Shown here: positions 58,401-64,000 of the stretch, in pieces
How positions within the stretch are numbered: the stretch's first letter is position 1
Layout of the letters: the number at the start of each line of letters is the position of its first letter
Origin: Thermoanaerobaculia bacterium
Lineage (GTDB): Bacteria > Acidobacteriota > Thermoanaerobaculia > UBA5066
Assembly (NCBI GenBank): GCA_963719225.1
Contig: CAVRAY010000001.1
Location: forward strand, 3,296,001 to 3,360,000
DNA: 64,000 nucleotides
Reading direction: 5' to 3'
Notes under the pieces: generated by a model
Told to the model about the DNA's origin: nothing
The model's database searches: none
The model's input: the letters and a program-made list of their open reading frames with translations, nothing else
Made by a program: the position numbers and the translations under genes

Positions 58401-60589
58401 TGACGGAGCCGAGCGGAGACGTCACGAGCTACAGCTACGACCTGAACGGAAAGCTGAGATCGGTTGCGCAGGGAGTGCAGACGCGCAGCTTCACCTACGA
58501 CCCCGCGGGGTTCCTCCGATCGCAGTCGACTCCTGAGGAAGGACTCGTGACGTACGTCGCGATAGGCGCTCTCGCTAATGTCCGACAGGAGACCCACGCC
58601 GGCGGGGTGACGCTGACCCGCACGTACGACTTCGCCGGCCGGCTCACCTCGACGGCGAGCAACGAAGGGGGCAGCCGCACCTACCTCGCCAACACGTACG
58701 ATGAGGCCGCCGGCTCGTCTGCCGGAAAGCTCACGAGCCGAATCGCCTCCAACTACGCCGTCGTCCCGACGTCCACAGTCCGGGACGTCTTCGCCTACTC
58801 GGGCGTGGGGGGTCGCCTCTCTTCCCGTCAGTCCAACGTGAGCGGGGCGCTCAGCCTCTCGGAGACGCAGAGCTGGTCCTACAACGCGCTCGGCCTCGTC
58901 GCGCATCACTCTCATCCGCGGTCCGCGACGGACGCACCGTTGCGCGTCTCCACGGACTACGACGCCGGCCTTCCCGTGGCGCTGTACATGAATGGGCTTG
59001 GGGTGCTCTCCGGCGTCGCGTACACGGCTTGGGGAGGGGTACGCTCATACACCACGGGCCTCGGCGTCGGGCACGACGTGACGACGACGGTGACGCCCGA
59101 TCCGACGCTCCTCGCTCGGCCGGTGCAGATTTTCTCGAGGGAACAGGCCTCGGGCGCCACGTTGTTCGACACGGCGTCTTACCTCTACGACGGAATCGGG
59201 AACGTGAAGAGCATCGGCCCCGATGTCTTCGGCTACGACGCGCGATCGCGGCTCGTGTCCGCGTCCCTGCAGATCGGTTCCGGGTCGTCGAGTCAGACCT
59301 ATGCCTACGACCGTTACGGCAACATGACGTCCAGGAGCATCGGCGGGAGCCCGATCAACTTCCCGGTCGATCCGTACACGAACCATCTCATGGGCGCGGT
59401 CTACGACGCCCGCGGCAGCGTCGGCCAAAACGGCGGCGAGACGTTCGTCTACGACGGCCTCGAACGAATGATGCAGGCGACGACGACGAACACGTGGAAG
59501 TACCTCTACGACGGCGCCAACGAGCGGATCGCGAAGGTGCCGCCGACCGGAGCTCCCGGGTACCAGTTCCGCGACGAGGCGAACCGCGTCGCGACCGAGA
59601 TGTCGGGCTCGATACCCTCACGGGACAACGCTTTCCTCGGGCGCCTCCTCGTCGCGTCGTATTCGAATTGCGCTGTTGGTGGGAATTGCAGCTACGGCGG
59701 ATCCGCGAAGGGCCCTTGGCAGTTCTTCGCATCCGACCACCTCGGAACGCCGAGACTCATCACGGGAACATCGGGCGAACAGCTGGACCTGAGAAAGTAC
59801 TGGCCGTATGGCGACGAGGCTGTCGGGGCCACCGACGACCCGCAACGCCTGCGGCTCGCCGGGATGGAACGTGACGCCGAAGGAAGCCGCTACTACGACC
59901 ACGCGCGGAGCCACGACTTCGGGCTTGCGAGGTTCCTCAGCCCCGACCTGCTTGGCGGAAAGTCCGCCGTGCCGGGAACCTGGAATCGCTACGTCTACGC
60001 GAGCAATAACCCGATAAATCGTTTCGATGGCAACGGTCTGGCCGACGATCCGACCAACCCATCGGGTCCGAGGCCTAGCACGTTCTCGGATAAGGCATGG
60101 AAAACGTTTTCGAGTGCCGTCTTCATCGGAATCAAACTGGGCGTCAGGCTAGGCGTTGCCGCCGCCGAGTTCAGCGCCAACTTCGCTGGCGAGAGTGGAA
60201 AGATCGAACTGAAGACCGGCAGCGATGCCATAAAGGTCAAGGGCTCCGTCGAAGTCTCGCCTCCAACTGGAAAAACGGGCGGCGCGATCAGCTATGAGTT
60301 TGTCAATGGGATGTTCGTCGACTCTAACGGTAACGTTGGTGCTAAGAAATCGGTCGAGATTATTCCCGCGGGCAGCTCCCTGAGAGTAACCGGTAGCGCG
60401 CAGGCCAGCGTCAATGTGCCTGCGTCCGTTGAGGCCGGAGGTGACGTCATCGACGCCGCCACATCTGCCGCCGCGCATGGCCCCGTCGGCGACATGAGAG
60501 ACAAGCTGAACAATATCGACGGTGCGATCGAGAACAACTGCACTCACCTCTCCGGAAACAACCGGTGTTCGGACCCGGCTCCTAAGTGA
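55478..60589 (+). CDS. Signal-peptide-bearing RHS/YD-repeat protein with variable C-terminal domain
   Basis: VNLYNGQL, many YD..GR repeats, DHLGTPR, Y.PYG, RFLSPD, WNRYVYA.NNPINRFDGNG. Confidence 0.92.
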   Translation: MGRRSGAISAMAVLSLVLTRSALLAQRGPDNDPDGLQGYVDNVFHHSSVDSVNLYNGQLSVPIAIGPSYPIGPALKLQLVMTYGSRIWEYGHPSGSPIVTPKPIAGDPALGIGWTFTFGAIKVCKILPPGTGRMCYVGPDGSQHIFDMPDPARGAGYFKTSDASQLSLRNVATDPSGEGPFDMWDGDGNHHVFGWHVANFDDPQSDFHHDFGRGRDGWYLTSLSDPFGNAYSVSYKSGTGPCWSYATPCTYQTMSCPATAANLWIPQTVTLPTPGPNNVITIGTDASQMVSSVTLPVSGGTTTTWIFSYQSDTYNETCGGGQINLRELQSIQLPGAVGSYQFAYKNDANCVTGLLSHLQIPTGATSDYLYGLYSFYHGRLAALSQTCAPIGPDPTAEVEVSAASQCIAAQRAPNSRTALSSGTCTDQPNYLDQQLGIVQRTETTSGVTAVTDYVQLSFPFGEQGAAPKANCDALGRCGPQTLTVVVAPADVDGRRRAKGTLFWAAPKNPNQTQVYAGERTGADIETRDYEDDPTRSINVSMPVCGGAQVNSFCADGAIRVTQRSYEYDVPTSEIGNRRMLSEIAYHQPAAANGTCTSCKNHSTAFSNTNGKTWEGNGRHYNVETHGGNLGNDARTVTTNWTPQLTSRWLPNLYDTKIESDPTLSVNHYFEFNSSNGFLNCTFLHDPGPGRVFFKRRFPAADGTVAQDFSATSTGFPSPPYIGQCIATYPSPPVPSGPAIGTNSDAFGKVYTYQNGLLTSARWINGNAAASWYAKRLTRDPSTGWITTSYDSAGLATGLGYDVVGRVTSVAPPGEAATAVSYPATTRTIATRNGGSGLSTYQEYVYDGLGRLAREIQLRPASTYAVRVHGFDGAGHRVYDSEWGTCGSPTGDCLTTSPSGSHRSNLDPFARDQSFSTADGAITTTSYADTYSLYSDTKKSVTSPCVNGTWRAGACSGGTPSTSTYFSDAFGRLTSVTEPSGDVTSYSYDLNGKLRSVAQGVQTRSFTYDPAGFLRSQSTPEEGLVTYVAIGALANVRQETHAGGVTLTRTYDFAGRLTSTASNEGGSRTYLANTYDEAAGSSAGKLTSRIASNYAVVPTSTVRDVFAYSGVGGRLSSRQSNVSGALSLSETQSWSYNALGLVAHHSHPRSATDAPLRVSTDYDAGLPVALYMNGLGVLSGVAYTAWGGVRSYTTGLGVGHDVTTTVTPDPTLLARPVQIFSREQASGATLFDTASYLYDGIGNVKSIGPDVFGYDARSRLVSASLQIGSGSSSQTYAYDRYGNMTSRSIGGSPINFPVDPYTNHLMGAVYDARGSVGQNGGETFVYDGLERMMQATTTNTWKYLYDGANERIAKVPPTGAPGYQFRDEANRVATEMSGSIPSRDNAFLGRLLVASYSNCAVGGNCSYGGSAKGPWQFFASDHLGTPRLITGTSGEQLDLRKYWPYGDEAVGATDDPQRLRLAGMERDAEGSRYYDHARSHDFGLARFLSPDLLGGKSAVPGTWNRYVYASNNPINRFDGNGLADDPTNPSGPRPSTFSDKAWKTFSSAVFIGIKLGVRLGVAAAEFSANFAGESGKIELKTGSDAIKVKGSVEVSPPTGKTGGAISYEFVNGMFVDSNGNVGAKKSVEIIPAGSSLRVTGSAQASVNVPASVEAGGDVIDAATSAAAHGPVGDMRDKLNNIDGAIENNCTHLSGNNRCSDPAPK

Positions 60590-60597
60590 GGTGGAAC

Positions 60598-63411
60598 ATG
60601 AAAACGCTCTCGCTCCTCGTTCTCCTCCTCGTCGCCGATGCCTCGAGACTGCTCGCGCAGTCGAGCGACCTGTCCATCTCGGCCGGCTCGTCCCCGAACC
60701 CCGTCGCCCTCGGATCGAATCTGACCTACACCATCTCCATCGGTGTTCCTGCCGGAGGCGCAACCGGTCTCACCGTTACGAACGTCCTCCCACCCGGCGT
60801 CACCTACGTCTCCGGCATCCCGAACTGCACGAACAACCAAGGGACGGTCGTGTGTCTTCTCGGGGCGGTCGGCGCCGGCACGGCGACGGCAACGATCGTC
60901 GTCACGCCGACGACCGCCGGGACGATCAAGAACGTCGTCGGCGTGATCGGGAACGAGTACGACCCGAACATGGCCAACAACCATGCAGTGGTCACCACAG
61001 TCGTAGGCCAGCCCGTGCTGCGAGTCATGACGGAGATTACGGAGCTTTGTGTCGCGGCGACAATCCCGTATGTGCCTCAACGCTACCTTTTCGTCGCGGC
61101 GGGCGGGACGCCCCCCTACACGTGGTCGATGTCGGGCCTGCCGACGTGGATGACGTTCGACCCCCTGAAGCGCCAACTCGACATCGGTGCACCACCACTT
61201 GACGTGCCTGCGACGGTTACGTTCACCGCGACGGTCAGCGATGCGGCCGGGAGGAGCACGTCTTTCACGTATAACAACGTGCCGGTCATCTCCAACGGGG
61301 CGAGCTGCGGCCCGATCTTCAAGACGACCGCTGGAGACATCCATTCTTGCCCCGGCGACACGCCGCACCCCTGTTTCAACGCTCAGCGGTTCGACGGTGG
61401 CACCGTGACGAAGAAGTGGCAACAGCTCGGGACGAAGCCGAACGGTGACTGGGGCTGGAACGACGTCCCCGGCGAGACGGCCATGTGTCTGGCCCAGCCC
61501 GCTCCGGGCGGCGGCACGTATCGAATGAACGCGAAGGATCCCTTGACGGCGCGAGAGTCCAACAGCAGCCCCGTCACGATCAGCTTTGGCGATCCGATCC
61601 AGGTCCTGCGCATCTCGGGGGCCGCCAGCGCGTGTCAGGGGAAGAACATCAACCTCAATCAGTACATCGACGCGATCGGAGCGGATCTCAGCATCGCCTT
61701 CGAGGAGAAGCAGGCGGACGGGAGCTGGCTCGGGATCAACCCGACCGTCACGCTCACGAAACCGTCGACCTATCGCGCGCGCCTGACGAGCCCGTGCGTC
61801 GCGCCGGTCGTGAGCGGCACGATGTTCTTCAATGTCCAGCCGCAGCCCACGCTCACGCAGGTTCCGGCGGACAGGACCTTCTGCGCCGGCCAGCCCGTGA
61901 CGCTCACGGCGACGGGGAACGTCTCGGGCGTCTTCACGTGGTACCGCTACGACGCGGGGACCTGGACGAGCATCTTGACCACCTATCCGAACAACACCAC
62001 GACCTCGTCGATAACCCTGACGCCGACGGCCGCGACCACCTACAAGGTCTCGTTCGGGACGTTCACCTGTGGCAGCTTCGACTCGGCGCCGTTCACCCTG
62101 ACGCCAGTCGCACTGCCCGCCATTTCGAGCACCAAGGCCACCCCCGCCGTGACGTGCGCCGGATACCCATCCGATCTCTCGGCCTCGGCCGTGAACGCGA
62201 CGAGCGTGAAGTGGCAGTCGTGGAACGGCACGGCGTACGTCGACATTCCGGGGGCGACCGCCTACACGTATCGCACGCCGATCCTGACGTCGAGCGCCAC
62301 GTACCGGTTCGTGGCGAGCAACTCGTGCGCGACGGTGACGTCGAACGTGTCGGTTAACGTCAATCCGGTGCCTCCGGCCTCCATCACCGGCACGGCCTGC
62401 TCCGTCGCGTCCGGCCAATCATCCAAGCTCACGGCCGTTACCGACATGTCTTATTCGCCGCGCTTCCTGTGGTCGCCGGGCGGGCAGACCACGCAGCAGA
62501 TCACCGTCAGCCCGGCGACGACCACGACCTACACCTGCACGGTTACGATCCCGACGACCGGTTGCTGGAAGGTCGCGAGCTATACAGTCGCGGTCGGCAC
62601 CCAGATCACGACGCCCGTCCTCACCGCGAATCCCGCTAGCGTGTCGGTCTGCGGAGGAGCTCCCGGGACGACGTTGTCCGTCGGGGCGAGCGGGACCCTC
62701 CTGACGTATCAATGGCAGAAGCAAAATCCCGATTCGAGCTGGTCGAACGTCGCGGGGGCGACGGCCGCGAGCTACACGGCGCCAGCCGCCAACGCGGCGT
62801 ATCGCGCCGTCGTCGCGAACAGCTGCGGATCGGTCACGAGCGCGGCGGCGACGGTCACCGTCAGCAGCTCGCAATCCGCCGCGATCGTGACGCCACCCGC
62901 GACCCAGAACTATTGCACGAGCGGAAGTGCCACGCTCTCCGTGGGCGCGACCGGCACGAACCTCACGTACCAATGGCAGTGGCTCAACCAATATTCACAA
63001 TGGGTCACGGGCTACCCGTATCCGTCGATCTCCGCCCCGTCGATCTCCGTCGCTCCGACCGTCCCGACCCAGTTCCGCGTCGTCGTGTCCAACGCGTGCA
63101 ACTCCGTCACGAGCAGCCCGTTCTGGGTCAGCCCCTCGCCCCCCGTGACGATCACCGGGCAACCGACCGGCGGGACGTACTGCGCGAACTACATTTACGC
63201 GAGGCTGACGGTCTACGACACCGGAGCTCCGGACATCACGTATCAATGGCAGGTCGCGACCGACGGCGTCACGTTTACGAACATCGCGAACGCCCGGTCC
63301 AATCAGTACACCGCCCTTACCGGCGGCTACTACCGGTGCGTGTTGACCAGCGCGTGCGGCGCGCTCGTAACGAACGTGGCCGTCGTGGGATATGTGAACT
63401 GCGGGTATTGA
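60598..63411 (+). CDS. Secreted DUF11 + tandem Ig-like repeat protein
   Basis: Signal peptide, DLSI....P.PV..G..LTYTI...DP..ANN (DUF11), repeated C.G...TL...YQWQ...Y...V.N.CG modules. Confidence 0.85.
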   Translation: MKTLSLLVLLLVADASRLLAQSSDLSISAGSSPNPVALGSNLTYTISIGVPAGGATGLTVTNVLPPGVTYVSGIPNCTNNQGTVVCLLGAVGAGTATATIVVTPTTAGTIKNVVGVIGNEYDPNMANNHAVVTTVVGQPVLRVMTEITELCVAATIPYVPQRYLFVAAGGTPPYTWSMSGLPTWMTFDPLKRQLDIGAPPLDVPATVTFTATVSDAAGRSTSFTYNNVPVISNGASCGPIFKTTAGDIHSCPGDTPHPCFNAQRFDGGTVTKKWQQLGTKPNGDWGWNDVPGETAMCLAQPAPGGGTYRMNAKDPLTARESNSSPVTISFGDPIQVLRISGAASACQGKNINLNQYIDAIGADLSIAFEEKQADGSWLGINPTVTLTKPSTYRARLTSPCVAPVVSGTMFFNVQPQPTLTQVPADRTFCAGQPVTLTATGNVSGVFTWYRYDAGTWTSILTTYPNNTTTSSITLTPTAATTYKVSFGTFTCGSFDSAPFTLTPVALPAISSTKATPAVTCAGYPSDLSASAVNATSVKWQSWNGTAYVDIPGATAYTYRTPILTSSATYRFVASNSCATVTSNVSVNVNPVPPASITGTACSVASGQSSKLTAVTDMSYSPRFLWSPGGQTTQQITVSPATTTTYTCTVTIPTTGCWKVASYTVAVGTQITTPVLTANPASVSVCGGAPGTTLSVGASGTLLTYQWQKQNPDSSWSNVAGATAASYTAPAANAAYRAVVANSCGSVTSAAATVTVSSSQSAAIVTPPATQNYCTSGSATLSVGATGTNLTYQWQWLNQYSQWVTGYPYPSISAPSISVAPTVPTQFRVVVSNACNSVTSSPFWVSPSPPVTITGQPTGGTYCANYIYARLTVYDTGAPDITYQWQVATDGVTFTNIANARSNQYTALTGGYYRCVLTSACGALVTNVAVVGYVNCGY

Positions 63412-63418
63412 CTGGGCT

Positions 63419-63453
63419 GAAAGGGCGCCCGCCTCATGTCGGGCGCCCCTTTC
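63419..63453 (+). terminator. Probable intrinsic terminator
   Basis: GAAAGGGCGCCCG-loop-CGGGCGCCCCTTTC just after the Ig-gene stop. Confidence 0.7.
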
Positions 63454-63547
63454 GTTCGTCCCCATGATCCGCCGTCATGTGAAGCCGGTACTCCGTCCCC
63501 CGATCACGCCGAATCCCGGTGCTAGCATCGTTTCCCTCGGAGGACGC

Positions 63548-64000
63548 ATGACTCCATCCCGCCGTGAGTTCTTGAAGGGCTGCGCTTCGGGCGCGGCCGC
63601 CTGGGCGGCGATCGAGCTCGTCCCCGGCGAATTCCTGATCTCCCGGTCGGAGGCGGCGATGCTGCCTCCCGAGAAGCTGAAGGAGCTCGCCGCTTTCGCC
63701 CTCGAGCGGGCGAAGAAGGAAGGGGCGACGTACGCGGACGTGAGGATCAACCGCTACCGGAGCCAGGTCGTGACGCTGCGCTCCCAGACCGACCTCGCGA
63801 CCGGGAAGCTCAACCACGTCCCGGCCGTCTCGGACTCGGAGACCTTCGGCTTCGGGATCCGCGTCCTCTCGGCCGGCGCCTGGGGCTTTTCGGCCTCTCA
63901 CCTCGTCACGAAGGACGAGATCGCGCGCGCGGCGAAGGAGGCCGTCGGGATCGCGAAGGCAAACGCGCCACTCCTTCAGGAGCCCGTGCGCCTCGCGCCG
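63548..64000 (+). CDS. TldD/PmbA-family protein with Tat signal, runs off the window
   Basis: MTPSRREFLKG; GATYADVRI, G.GIRV...GAWGF; GGAGG RBS; missing from the ORF track because it has no stop in the window. Confidence 0.85.
   Translation, partial: MTPSRREFLKGCASGAAAWAAIELVPGEFLISRSEAAMLPPEKLKELAAFALERAKKEGATYADVRINRYRSQVVTLRSQTDLATGKLNHVPAVSDSETFGFGIRVLSAGAWGFSASHLVTKDEIARAAKEAVGIAKANAPLLQEPVRLAP

Overview
GC-rich bacterial chromosome segment, densely coding (about 50 genes). TonB-dependent receptors, outer-membrane barrels, a sortase, CHAT/ECF cassettes and nrfHA suggest a diderm such as Acidobacteriota (Thermoanaerobaculia-like), but this is inference. In order, it holds: prolyl oligopeptidase and prfC; a CRTAC1/FG-GAP + flavin-dependent halogenase + TauABC-type ABC operon; a sortase with its LPXTG substrate; HD-GYP and Ser/Thr kinase-REC genes; an M13 peptidase; a LeuB-like/HMG-CoA-lyase-like/CoA-transferase/LeuCD-like operon; a TonB receptor; nrfHA; a sulfatase; a tRNA-Ala-adjacent islet in which an intact IS481 has split a TA toxin gene; a cobalamin riboswitch with a btuB-like receptor; a PAS hybrid kinase; an S1 protein; a fused E1 dehydrogenase; an ABC exporter; and a 13-kb CHAT protease-ECF sigma-anti-sigma-RHS-Ig protein locus. 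Three leads stand out: (1) the exported CHAT/ECF/RHS system, with a shared candidate promoter and no obvious immunity gene; (2) a dispersed AT-rich motif AAGATT(T)(G)CTTAGAARG that recurs inside and between unrelated genes against the codon bias; (3) a 2-oxoacid elongation-like operon that has a lyase plus CoA-transferase where a synthase would be expected. All product calls come from recognised motifs, not database searches.
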